From Dimorphilus gyrociliatus (taxonomy: Eukaryota > Animalia > Annelida), in contig CAJFCJ010000022.1 in NCBI GenBank assembly GCA_904063045.1, positions 186,001 through 250,000 of the forward strand: 64,000 nucleotides of DNA. The letters run 5' to 3'. A model generated the notes under the pieces. It was given only the letters and a program-made list of their open reading frames with translations. It searched no databases and was not told the origin of the DNA. Both the position numbers and the translations under genes were made by a program. Shown here one piece after another: positions 13,470 through 29,125 of this stretch (positions are counted from its first letter, which is position 1; the number at the start of each line of letters is the position of its first letter).

Positions 13470-14193
13470 TTATTTGGTAAAATATTCTTACTAGTACGGC
13501 TCCAGTCACTCTCAACCGGTGACCAAGGTTAAATCGACGACGATCACTTTTGTCATAAGGGAACTATATTTGTTGTTAACTATTTTTTTATTTGTTAAGA
13601 AAAAGGCCTGGTTTGGTTTCCGATCAAGTTAATGCACGCCCAAAATTTTGGCCAGAACACAAATACATGATATACGTCACCGCCCCGACTGTCAACTACC
13701 AATAATAGCAACAGTAAAGAGAATCGTGATTGGTTGACCATATCGTCATTTCTATTAATAGAAACTTCCTTTCGATATATATTCTAAACCGGATACTTGG
13801 AGTCCATAGTTGAGAGTAACTTTTTAAGCGTAAGAGGGAGATTAGGAGCATCGGGAAGGCACGGCCTCCGTAAAACAAAAACAGGTGAAAAGAAACAAAT
13901 ATTATATAATAGTATTTGAAATGCTTAAATAAGACGATAGTAACCTATTTATGATGAAATTAATCATGGAAAATAATTTTTCACCTGACGATGACTCATC
14001 CATAATTTTAATATTTGTCTTTTTGACTGTTTCAGGCGTTTAGCAAAGCAACATAGAAGGCGAAGAAAGCCGATTTAATTTTTTCTTATCGCAGTCAGCG
14101 AGATCGTTCACCATTTCTTCCCACGACAGCCTAGATTTATCAGATATCTTTGAAAAATGTCAGAATTTGCAGAATCTAAAAACTTGTACAACA

Positions 14194-15305
14194 ATGGAAC
14201 TGAGAAAAACGGAAACCCCGACTCTGAAATCCCAGGCTTACTCTTCGGAGGAGCAGATTGCTTTATTGGATGTTTTGAATTTCCCAGAAATTCTGGAGAC
14301 AAAAGAGATGGATGTGCGAATGAACTATGGCCCAAGTGGCCAATTTAACGATAACGGTAAATCTTTTAAATACTATATAAAAATACTTTTAAGAAAGAGA
14401 TAATGTTTTCTTCTCATGATTCATAACTTTTGGTAACCATAAATCTATGTAAATATTTATTGCTAACAAAAAATCCGAAGTGCGCATGCGCGAAAGAATT
14501 GCACAACAGATTCGCAATACCATAAGAGTGAATCGTTAAATACTTACAATGAGCCTTTTTTATCATTAACCTTCATGAATGCTTATCGAAACTATCTTTT
14601 AAAATCTTCTATGATATTATACTTTCGATTAAGCGAATTTCAAAAAGCAGGAATAGGATAATTCACCCGTAGTTTTTAATCTATATTTCGTAATCATCTT
14701 GAATTGTTTCATATTATTAATCCAATCAATTTTTCTTCTTAAATAAAGATCTTTCCGACCTGAACATCGACGAACTGATAAAAAACCCTACTCTGGAATT
14801 GCCTTTGTCGCCGGTTGAGAGTGAATTTGTTGAAGAGGAAATGAAGCCAGAAAATAGTCAAAATTTGGAAGATTTCGAAAAGAACTTTGATTTTGATCAC
14901 TTTCTTGCTAACTTTAAAGAAGAAGTGGGAGTGCTCGATGTAATAAATTATAATAATAGTCAATTATTAATATTTATGTACAACGCTTTCTTTTTCCTTA
15001 AGGATCAACAACTCTCTGATTCTGAACCTTGCTTAAAGAGGGCACATCTAGATTTCGACTCGGAAGCTATTGAAGCTAACTACTATGTAGAGGGAGATAC
15101 TAAATATCGCGAAAGGAGAAGGAAGAACAATATAGCATCCAAGAGATCTAGACAAATAAGGAAGGCGAAAAATGTTGCCCAAGAAGAGGAGGTCGTCATT
15201 TTGGAAAGGCAAAATGAAGACCTGAGACGTAAAGTTACAGACTTGGAAGCTCAGAACAAAGAATTTAGAGAAAAGTTGATGGTTCTTTTATGTAAAAAAA
15301 AGTAA
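14194..15305 (+). CDS. bZIP transcription factor, PAR/CEBP-related; exons 14194-14356, 14749-14939, 15003-15305 (218 aa)
   Basis: Basic region DTKYRERRRKNNIASKRSRQIRK followed by a leucine heptad (LERQNEDLRRKVTDLEAQNKEFREKL). Phase-consistent GT-AG introns, 657 nt total. The start codon choice is the least certain part. Confidence 0.88.
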
Positions 15306-18300
15306 AACAAAAATGATCTTTCTTAAAAGATTCATTCGATCTAAATAAAAGTAAAAGAGGGTGAAAAGAAAAGGAATCTTCCCACGTCAATTAACAATAA
15401 AAATAAATAAGAGCAATTCAGAAGAAATGGAAAAATAAGCCTTTTATTTACTTTTATTCAATTCCTTTTCTTTTCATTACTTTCATTACCACGTATTGTT
15501 GTTTGTATGTGTGTTAGAATCATAATTAATCTTCTATAACAACCTAAGGGAAAAAACTTAAATGTATTCACAAGAAAATTCGTACTAAAATGCATTTAAA
15601 TATTGAAACGAAGAAAAAAATAAAAGAAATGAAGATAAACGTATAAAGATTATATGTAAAAGCTATATTTGTACACTGTTCAGTTATTTTTACTGATGAA
15701 TTTTACAGAACAAGATATTGAATTTAATATTTTTACTATATGAGTTTAAAGTAAAAATATTCCTTTATGTAATAAATGTATTAAATGTCTATTAAATGAA
15801 AGTTTTCTATTATTTGCGTGTATCACAGTTTGTAAAAGTTATCATCAGGGGCATTGTACACTTTTATATTTGGTAATCGTACTGGGAAAAGTACTAGATA
15901 TTGACAAATATGTTTTTATTGAAATATTTGTCTGTTCTTTATGCTGTATATCTTTATTTATACATATATATATGTATCTATACTATTTAATTTCACAACT
16001 AGATGTTTTGATTTGTTCTCTTTGTTAGAATAGAACAGTTTAAAAGAGACAAGGTTTTCCTATTCCCTCTACCAATGGTATTTTGTCCGTTATTTATGAC
16101 AATAGTAATACACCTTGGTCAAAAACAATAATTACAAATTGAGTAATTTTTAAAGTAACTATTTGTCGCTCTAGTTTGAACTTGTTTTGAATATTGTGTT
16201 GTCGTGGCGCCATCTAGTGAATTAACTAACTATTGTCACCTGTCGACATCTACCGATACACTCAATATGGAAAGATTACGTGAAAGTGTAGTCAAAGCAA
16301 TATAACTCTAGCTTTTGAAATCAAATAGGGCACGTGACGGGAATCGTTAATGATCCTACTCTGTAATCTAAAGACGATAAAGTGGTTTTAATGACGAAAT
16401 GTATTCCGTTAAATGACAAACGAAGGCGATAAATATCGTCATGAACTGTCAAAAATTGGGGATAATTTGGTGTTGTAAAACTAGAAGCACGTCCCCGATG
16501 CCGATTATTACACCTGCACGCTTTCTTTGTGTTATTTTTATTACATCATAACTCAGCGAAGCTTCCAAGAATACATAATCTTTTAGAGTAGGCAAACTCG
16601 ATTAGAGCTCTGATTGGTTTTTGCAATGGAATTATTTGAAAGTAGAGTTACTGGAATGAAACAAACAAACAAACGAACAAACCAATACAAGAATGCTTTC
16701 CTTATGCTATATCCCTTTACAGTAAATCTCTTTACATCTTTCCACATTTAACTTTTAATACGAATAGTATCAATAATAGTAAAGATATATTATGGAAAGC
16801 TAATCAAAATATGAAATATTCATACAAGTATATGTTGAATAAACTGCGTCTCTGTTTATCCACCGCCCATCCGACTATCTGCCTGTATGTCTCTCCCTCC
16901 CTCTTTCTCTCCCTGTCTCACTTGCTTTTTTCCCCCCTTTTTCCTATCTCTATTTATGTATGTATGCATGCTGTTTATATAACACGATCGACAAATTTCA
17001 TTAGCTCTAAGCTTGTTACGATTGTAAATAATTGAAATTTATTATTGAAATCTTTATGCTAATATCATTTAACTCTAATTTATGTTGCAATTAACCTTAC
17101 TTTACATCTAATGAAAATTCTCATCGGTCATTGACCGAAAGCTTTAAAGAGATGTTTTTAGTAAATTAGAAATTCTATGCTATACTAGTGTTGCAAGTTT
17201 TTTTTTTACAGTATCTGATGCTTTTTGATTAAATAAGATCAATTTAATTTGCAATCTTTCCCTCCCCTTCTCTTTCTTCTCCCTTCTTATCCTTCTCCTA
17301 ATTCTCCTCCTCTTTTGCTATCCACTTGAGATTGAGTAATTTTCTTTATTTACTGTCTTTGCCTCAGCATATCGTACCTTCGCCTCTTTTATCTATCTAT
17401 ACGTCTGTCTCTACCACTTCTTTCTTCTTGTTGATTTTAAAAATTATTTTTAAATCTTTAAGTAAAAAGAGTGAACTTTATAATAAATAAAACTCTTGTT
17501 TCCTTAAAGAGAAGCTTGAACAAATATTCTATATTCCTTTTAAATGCACATACAGTATATGCAGTATTCCATTTTTTTCTACTTATAGCCATTTCATTGT
17601 CTTGTTCGCTCTTACTCTGCACAAAGATCACAAAGGCTACTTTTTAATTCATTGTAAAAGTTTTAATAAAAGGGAAAAGTATTAAATGTTACTGAGAAAG
17701 ATTAATATCTTCTTTCTCTTTCAAAAATCAATTTAACTCTTTCCTATACAGTTTACCAAAGAAAAAATACTTCCTTATTTCTTTATCTTGAATAATTTCT
17801 CTATTCAAGTCAAAAATTACTCCTATTAATCATCATTGACGAAAATTCTCTTCAACAACTACAACAACACTCTAAGTGTAGAATATATTAAGGCGATTTT
17901 CAAGCAGTTAAACAGATCAATTTATTCTCTTCTTTCTATTTTCGAATTCATTATAAAAGTAACTTGTTTTGCGTTTTAATTTTATCTCTTTCTTCCTATT
18001 GTTATCTGTCTAATTTAGGCGAGAAAGCTATACACATTATTATAAAAGAGAGAAGAAGATAAGGGAAGAAAAAAAAACAGAGAGAAAAAGGATGCTTGGA
18101 GAAATTTGTAAAAATCTATTCTATTTAGTCTGTTTGCTTAAAATGTTTTTTATTGGGAAAAGGAGAGGAAAAAAGTTGGGTTAAAGGTGAAAGTTTGTAA
18201 GAGAGGAAGCTTGGATTTCTTTTTAGATTGGTTGTTTACGATTTTTTCATGCTTTTTATTAATCTTATCGAAGAATATAAGCTAGTGTAATGATGGCAAA

Positions 18301-20328
18301 TTTCGACTAGAAACGATTTAATGACGGAGTAAATCTTTTTACGAATATGCCATTATTGGCCATCAGCCAAACATAAACGATCGGACGTCATTTTTAGCTC
18401 TAGCGTCAACGCCTAATCATTTTATTAATTCCTGGAAAAAAGCCGATCATTTATGGACTGTTTTAAAAATAAATACACAAGTAAACTGTATATATTCTCG
18501 TATATATCTTTAGTTTATTCTTACTGTCTTGCATTTGGTAAGTTATTGTTATTAAATATATTTATATCAGACAGAATTACTCATAACCTTAAATACAAGC
18601 GAAAATTTCGAGTTCAATTACTGTTAATTACTTAAAGGTTTTTGTTTCGTATATTTGTTAATAAATATCGAATCGTACGAAACATAGAGATTCATCAAAT
18701 ATATAATTTTATTAAATAATATCAAATAACTAAATTAATTTTCATTCACTTATTATTAATTGCCAATTTACTTTAATCATATATTATATTCAATACACAA
18801 ATATTATTGTAGTTACCTCTTTTCTAATCTACTTTTTTACTTTATTATCGACATTGATAATCATAATATTTTCTATTATTTTGGCTCTTTTTTAAACGGT
18901 TAACTTTGTTATTTAAAAGGAGATAATGTATTGATATATCCTTACCTATAAAACCTACACGCAAAATTCAAATTAACACCAACTGATTACATATTTAAAT
19001 TTCCTTTGAATGTATTTACAAACACACAAACGTACAAGAATCGTTTACTTTCTATGCTCTCTTTCTCTCTCTCTCTCTCTCCTAACCAATCTCTCCTTAT
19101 GATTCGTTAGATAGATAGTAACGATAATAGTGCAATAAATCAGTACACGTTTTGTTTACTTTTCATTAAAATTATCTTAAATATCAAAATTACTGTAAAC
19201 ATTATGATATAAATAAAAAGAGAGCGTTGTTTAAAGTGATCCTTGTATATAAGTTTAAGTTAATAGAATATAAAAGTCTATCTCTAAAATAGTACTTAGG
19301 AAGATACTATTTGTAATCTTGGTTGTCTATCTCTCCTACTTTTTTCCTATTTTTCTTTTCTCTTTTCAAGAAAAACTACTTTCTTTCCTCTCTTTATTTT
19401 TTACTTTCCCTGTTCCCTTCTTCCACATCTTTGGCTCCACCTCTATCTAACTTCCCGCTATCTTATATTATGTATAGTATTGCTGAATACAATGTAACAA
19501 ATAGGGAAATGTTTCATTTTGGCTCTTGGAATTTTGTTTTTTTTTTTTTATAAAACATCTCACAATATTGGACGAATAATGAGAAATAGTGAGATAGGTT
19601 TGCACTTTTGATGGAACTATTATATTGCAAAGGGCCCTTTCCGGTCTAAATCCATCATTGACCCTAAAACCTTAAATACCAACGGGTGCTCAAAAGGGAA
19701 GACTCATTCGGTTCAATGAAGTTCTTTTCTATATAGAAAGGTTGATGATATTTCCAATTGGACAAAGTATATATTAGTTATTTTACATCAATAGTACCGT
19801 TTATGACAAAGTTCTAATTGTTTAGAAGGAAGGTGCCAGCGTGGGGTAAAGAGAAGATTAAAACAAAGAATGAGAGAGAGAGAAAAGGGGAGAGACGCGG
19901 AGGGGGAGGGAATAAAGGGAGAGTGATTGAGTGAGTGAAAGTGAGAGTGAGAGTGAAATAGATAGATACAAATACGCAATGTAGTACTTTCACTTATATA
20001 AAACATATTCAACTGCGTATGCGTATACTTTATATATGTATAAAATACTTTAAATAGTGCAGTCTCTTTCCGAATTTTTGCGCATAAAACGAAAGGTAAA
20101 GGGAAAGTAATAGATAAAAGAGATTACCGGAAAGATGAAAAGGATAACTATTTCTGTATAATTTAATTTATTTCTATTTTAATTAAAAATTGTCAAGATT
20201 TTTCTCCAACAACGATAAAATATTAATATAATAACAAAAACAAATCCTTATAATTATGTAATAAATAGATCTGTACGATGGCGCCATCTTTTCATTTTTG
20301 CATTTATTACTAAATATTTTTACTATTA

Positions 20329-21094
20329 TTAACTTGATGTATGATTTGCATTATTTGTGCTGTTTGTAACGTTCATTGAGTCTTCTTCTGAAAGTAAGAA
20401 AAAGCTTTATTAATAGATTTTTATCGACAAAATCTTTAAGAGAGATTATATATCCTAGAGAAAGCTTATGCTCTCAATATTACTCGTCTCTTACAATACA
20501 ACATATTTCATTAAGCAACATAGAAGATAGAATACCTTTTATCCATATAACAGGAATAACAATAGCCATTATTACTAATAGACTGCAGACAACGGCCAAT
20601 AATATCCAGATTTCCTTCAAATTACGCCGTGACCCTCCAAATTTCGCTCTTGAACGTACTAAATCACCTAAACTTATTCTAAATTCATGCGATAGTCTGA
20701 TGTTATGGTCGTGGATTGAACTTTTCTTTTTCCCATAATCAGCTGTAAGAGCTAAAGAATGAGCTGTAAGACATGGCTTATCTTTTACATCTTCGTAATC
20801 CGAAAACGATGTCTCAGATGCTCTACTCTTACGCTTTTTAGAGGATTTTCTCTTCTTCCTACTTGACGATACAGAAGATGATCTGTTTTTCGTATACAAG
20901 CCCCCACTACCGATATTATTATTGTTTACATCGTTGAATTTATGTAGATCCTTTGATGTTCCATCTTCTTCCTCTTTGCGCCCACTATCGCCTACGCCCT
21001 CGGGAATATTTTCGCAACATTTATCAGTTTGTACGTCTTCAAATTCCTCTTCTTTTATAAAACCAAAGTTAACGTGGCCATTCGTTTTTCCATT
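20329..21094 (-). CDS. Uncharacterised single-pass membrane protein (C-terminal TM helix, short N-glycosylatable tail); exons 21094-20536 and 20387-20329; 5' exon(s) unresolved
   Basis: Charged, S/K-rich ORF ending in IWILLAVVCSLLVIMAIVIPVIW; donor GTATTC; last exon EEDSMNVTNSTNNANHTSS* carries NxT/S sequons. Confidence 0.65.
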
Positions 21095-22861
21095 CTGTAT
21101 TGATTTTAGATAGAAAAATATATTCATATTGGTCAATGAAATTTTACAATAAAGAGAAAATTTCAAGCGTTCAACAATTAATATTGTATCCATAATTTTT
21201 AGAAAATATCAACTGGCTTTACGTACTTCTTTTCGGCTAGTTTCCTCCATTTTTCCGCATTGAAGTCTCCTTTATTCTTCTCTTTCTTCCTTCCTCGTTA
21301 TTTTCTTCTCTTTCTCAATTTTTTCTCTTTCTTCTCTAGTGTATTATGACTAACACTTTTTCTGTTTAGGCAGATTCCCTAACCCTTATCGTATGACTGA
21401 TCGATAATACCAAACATATATTAATGAGGGGTTTATTGCTATAACTCAAGAAGAAAAATGCAAAATTTTCTCATAATTAATCAAAACAACAAAATAGCTA
21501 AATTTCGTGAGCGAAATTAAAGAGAATGTTTAATATGAATTTTTTATTGAAAAGGGCGCTGTCTCGTTCAAGCAGTGTTCAAGATTGTTTTTTAATAAAC
21601 AATCTTAACAATGTAATATTATATCATATTAGAAAATCGTTTTTGAATAGTATGAATTTATACAAATTAAACGAATATGGTCGACCGGCTAAGGGTTATT
21701 TTTGCGTTTTCGTACGCATATGCATACCTCCTCTCAATGTATTCCCATGCTAAAGATAAGAGATATATGATTATTTTAATGATTAATGACAACAACGAAT
21801 ACGGTAAATGCAAATAGCAAAGAAAGAAGAGAAACGAAGAATAGGGGCCGTACAAACGTATCATGAAAAAAGAGATTCTTTTTTAAAAGAATAACTCTTC
21901 CCATACAAAGAAAACAGAGAGACACATTAGTAGCTCAGTTAGCTTAACGCTTCATCGTTCTTTCCAAATGAATATGCATTATTTATATAGCAGTAAATAT
22001 TTGCTAATTTTCAGTGAACATTGCTCAAAGCGTCATAGACGGAGTGAATTTACAATACAACAAAAACAATATATCTCTTTACATTACTTTATCTATGTTA
22101 CTAAAAATATCACTAAAAACTATAGAATTGTATAGATATATGCATTTTTTGGAATAGTTTAATAATAAATATTACTAATAACGATATAATTGATCAACGT
22201 GAAAAGAGACTAAAAGAAAACAAATAATTTTATTCATTCATTAACTAGGGGAAAGGGGATTATAAGAAGGATAGTAATATCTATGAGAGATATACAAATT
22301 TTTGAATGAAGTATTCAATCATTCCGAAAGACTGCAAAACTAAAAAAAAAAGAATAAAAACAAACAGCAACGAAAATTTATGATGATGCTAAACGGAAAC
22401 TAGAGGAAATCATTTTTTTTATTATTTATGAAGTTTATAAAATGCATTGCAACAATGGGAAAAAATAGGTGAACCATTGATTTTTTACCTTACAAATTAT
22501 ATAACAAAAGAGAAAAACAAAAATAACTTTTTTTATTATTTTTATCCATTCAAAAGTCTTATTTCGTTGTTATCTCTGTCTGTCTGTCTGTGTGTCTGTC
22601 TCCTCCCTCCCCCTCTCTCCCCCCCTCTCTCTCTCTCTCTCTCTCTTGCTTCACATGTATACATGTCTTTCATGCTATACATTTTTTTAAATTGACAAAA
22701 TATTTATATATATACAAAAGGTATTAAGAGAGAATGTACAAAGAGGATGTTAAATTCCCTAAGTATATGATCATATATACGTTGTAGTCCTTTTTTCCAA
22801 CTTTTACTTAATAGTATTAGTGGAAAATCTATATTTTTTTTATCTTGGAATGTATACGAAT

Positions 22862-23147
22862 TTATTCTGTTAATGTTTTTTCATCGATCGTTTGCCTTGA
22901 TACTTTATGTTTGACATCTGCCATTTCTCTCACTTTTCGGAGGAAATCAACTATTAATCTTTTCTTCAAGTACTAGAATCTGTCTCTGTTCTCATTTATT
23001 TTTTTGTTATAAGTACAAAGAGGTCATTCGATAGCTTATCTTTCGAAAAATATGATAATATATAACAAGTTCATTCACTGCTCTAACCAAAGTATGGTTG
23101 CCAACGGAAGTTGATATTGGCGTAACCGTATTTGATTACAGTAGAAC
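22862..23147 (-). CDS. Tentative 3' end of an unrecognised short-exon gene; exons 23147-23088, 23039-23017, 22972-22862
   Basis: Hand-spliced peptide STVIKYGYANINFRWQPYFDKLSNDLFYLKKRLIVDFLRKVREMADVKHKVSRQTIDEKTLTE*. It is phase-consistent, but the introns are only 48 and 44 nt and no homology was recognised. Confidence 0.3.
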
Positions 23148-24500
23148 CTGATAAATTAATAAATAAAAAAATATCATTTGATAAAAATTTAATAGAACGC
23201 TTTGAAAAAATCAATTATCAACAAAGGAAGTTGTTTTTAATCTTGTTCAAGTAATAGTTATTATTATTATTTCTATTACAATTAAGATGATAAGTGGCGG
23301 ATGCGCATACATACGGGTAATAGCTTTATGAAAGATTATTCAGGGTGAATAACATCTCTCTTATTCTAGGAAAGTGTATTTTTCTCTTCTTTTTTTTATA
23401 AAGCGTCCCCATTTCTACTGACAGACAGCGTCTTCTTTACGTCCCTTTCCCATTTCCTATGTTAATTATAAAAGAATATTATAGGAAATCGATTAGTTGT
23501 ATGAGAAATGGAAAGTATTTAGAAAAGGAAGTTTTTAAGGAAAGTAAGATAGATAATAACAAATAGAGTAGTAAAAAAGAAGCAAAAATTCGCCAAGAGC
23601 GAATAACCAACTATAAAAAACAAGGGGAGAAAACCAGGGATTTCCCCAAAGATTGCAGTCGTTGTTTGGGTTCCTTATATTTTATATATATTTTTTAAAT
23701 GTTAAATCAGTTTAAAGAGAAATAACGAGTAGTAAAAAGAAAAAGAGTAAAGCTAATTGATGCCAAGTCAGAGATTAATGTAAAAGGTTAACATATGTCA
23801 TTCAGTTAAGGTAAATATCAAGCTTTTCCCAATAAAAACAAGGCCATCTGACAGCCTTGGTTTGGATTTATATCCGATGGGAAAATCTTAATTTTTTACT
23901 ATTTCGTTTTATTCTCTAATTCGATCAAGTCGTAACTGGAAAGTAACACGCAAACATCTCAATATATTACTTTCATTCTTCTCTCGCTAGAATCGATGGG
24001 ATAAAAGAAATAGACGAGTTTAAGTCGATAGATCGGCATTATCAATTATACGACTGTTCTCCCCTTCCCTCTTAAGAGCCAATAAAGTAATAAGGGTGAA
24101 TGAGAGAGAATGTTAAAAGTTCATCGTTCAATTTACAATCGTTTCTTTCATTGCTTTTCAAGAAGTAGCAAATAGAAACAAACAAAGAAAAGTAGAAAAT
24201 GAATAGATTTAAATAAAAAAGTAAAATCTTGAGGGAATTAAACCGAATATCTTTCAAGGGTATCGAGTCAACTTTTGGCCCTATTGAAATGAACGAAATT
24301 CTTTTTTAAGTATGTTCTTCGAATCCCTTCTATCAACTATTTCTTATTGTAAAACTATTCTTCGTTAACGAATAAACTTTATTTAAAAGAAAATGTAAAG
24401 AAATCGTTTTAAATCCATTAAAAAAAAAGGGAAAAGAAACCTGTTGGGAAAAAGAGAAACTGAAAAAAAATTAGTAAAAAAGCATGACTCGTCATTATCG

Positions 24501-27099
<2,599 letters not shown>

Positions 27100-27190
27100 T
27101 TTATATTCATTTTCCTATATCGTATATCTAATTATTAATATAATCTTTAAAAAAAATACGCATTTCTTCCTTTGTTTTACCTCTTATACG

Positions 27191-27200
27191 GCGCATGCGC
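27191..27200 (+). promoter_or_regulatory. NRF1-type palindrome GCGCATGCGC about 90 nt upstream of the GLIS2-like start codon
   Basis: Exact consensus match in an AT-rich background, inside the divergent GLIS2/TFAP4 intergenic region. Confidence 0.6.
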
Positions 27201-28213
27201 AATAACTGTCACAGACTTTTACTTACGTAGAATAAGATAGATGGCAACACTGTTAACTAATTTTATTTTGGTGGTAAAAGAAGACTTTGGATGTTATTTT
27301 CTTGTTTGAAGACAAATGAATTTACGTTAAAAAACTCAAAGATATTTATAGAAATATAAAATTTCAACAAATACATTTTAATTTATGTTATGACTGATGA
27401 AAATTAAAAAATAGAACAAGAATAGAACGATTACAAAATGAATATAATAGTTAGCGTATATTTTAATATAGAATGTTAAGTAATTTGACGTTTTTGAAAG
27501 TATACAGTAAATATTTTTTATTGTGTAATAGCTAGGAAATACAACATTATAAATTTCTTGGCGAGAAAAAGCGTTTTTAAAAATTCAGCTGATTCGGCCA
27601 TTTTCTCGCAATCAGCTGACCAAGCCCCGCCCAATTTCGATTGAGTGCGTCATAAGAAGTAGAGAGAATTCTTTCAAAATAATAGACTTTTAGGTATAAA
27701 CAGTCAGTTTTAGTAGGCATTTTCACTGGAATACAATAGTTAATTGTTTTAAAAAATGGAAAGTAACAAGAAACGGTGGTTTTAGAGAGTGAGTCGTAAA
27801 ATATAAGGGAAAGTAAAGTGCTCAGACGCGACGTTTTCTCCCTAGTCTACTATAGCTGATGAATATTTATCAGTCAATGTAAAACAGGACTAATCTAATT
27901 GGTTGGTGATTGGTTAGACACAAAAAAATAGTTCCACATCAACAAAGGCCAGTTTGTCATAGAAAGGTTGTGATTTTATAAAAAATATTATTCGTTTGAG
28001 GTTTTATTTTGTATTATAAATGAACTTGTAAAAAATTTTCAAAAGAGGACTTTTTTACAGCGTTCGTCGCGAAGGAATACAACCGAAGAACACATCATTC
28101 CCGCCATCGTCTACGAAACACGTTTCTCATTCTGGCGATTGGCGCCGATGTAGTACAACGTATTTGTAGCGTAGTGACTGCTCCTACTATCATAAATTAG
28201 ACGCTTCTCTCAA

Positions 28214-29125
28214 ATGTCTCTACCTGCCTCCCTTAAACGCCGAGCCTCCTGTCAAGAAGATATTGGTGATAGGTACGGACTATAATTTTTTGGCGGACAT
28301 ATTAAATGATTATTTAAAATTCGTTAAATTTTCAAAATAGAAGTCCGGATATTCAAGACATGGACAAACAACGTAAAATTCGACGGCAAATCGCTAATAA
28401 TAACGAAAGGCGGCGAATGCAAAGTATTAACGCTGGATTTGAAAGTTTAAGAACTATGTTACCATTAGTTGATGAGAAGATGAGTAAGGTATGTATATTT
28501 TCACTAGGGCTAGTCTAGGGGTCAGTGGGTACAACATATGGCCAGTGTAATTAATGAATATTCATGAGGTCGAATTTTGGCGGGAGCGGCTCTCTTTTAC
28601 ATTCCAGACATTCCTATCGATTTTTTTCTGTAGGCCGGCATACTTCAAAGAACTAAGGATTATCTAAATCGCCTCTTACAAGAGAGAACGAACCTTAAGA
28701 AGGAAAACGAAAAATTATTAGGACAGCTCAGTCACGGAGACAGTCCTCCTCAAAAACGACGGAAACGTGATACAAGCGAAGCATTGGACGAAAGTTTACC
28801 ATCAGATTACCGTCAAGAGTTCGAAGAAGAACGACGGAAACGAAAAGAACTCGAAGAGGAGAACCGTGAATTGAAAAACCGCCTTTTAGAACCGTCGAAA
28901 CCTCCCGAAAGAGTGGTAGATAGCAGTATGTCGTCCAGGAATATCCAAACAATAATTGCCGCGATAAATTATTTGGAAGGTGATAAGTTTGAAGATTGTT
29001 CCACAAACCGAGGAGCCAGCGAAGAATCAGAAGCCAGCTCCGAAGGTGATTTAAGCGGTGGCGAAGAATACGACGCCACATTACGCGTAGCCGTCTACCC
29101 TCGACCGTCATTACGAAGCTCTTGA
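28214..29125 (+). CDS. TFAP4: bHLH-LZ transcription factor AP-4 (cropped orthologue); exons 28214-28272, 28341-28488, 28634-29125 (232 aa)
   Basis: KIRRQIANNNERRRMQSINAGFESLRTMLP...EKMSKAGILQRTKDYL..LLQERTNL matches the AP-4 bHLH-zipper; SRNIQTIIAAINYLEG matches the AP-4 C-terminal TIV motif. Exons sum to 699 nt. Confidence 0.95.
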
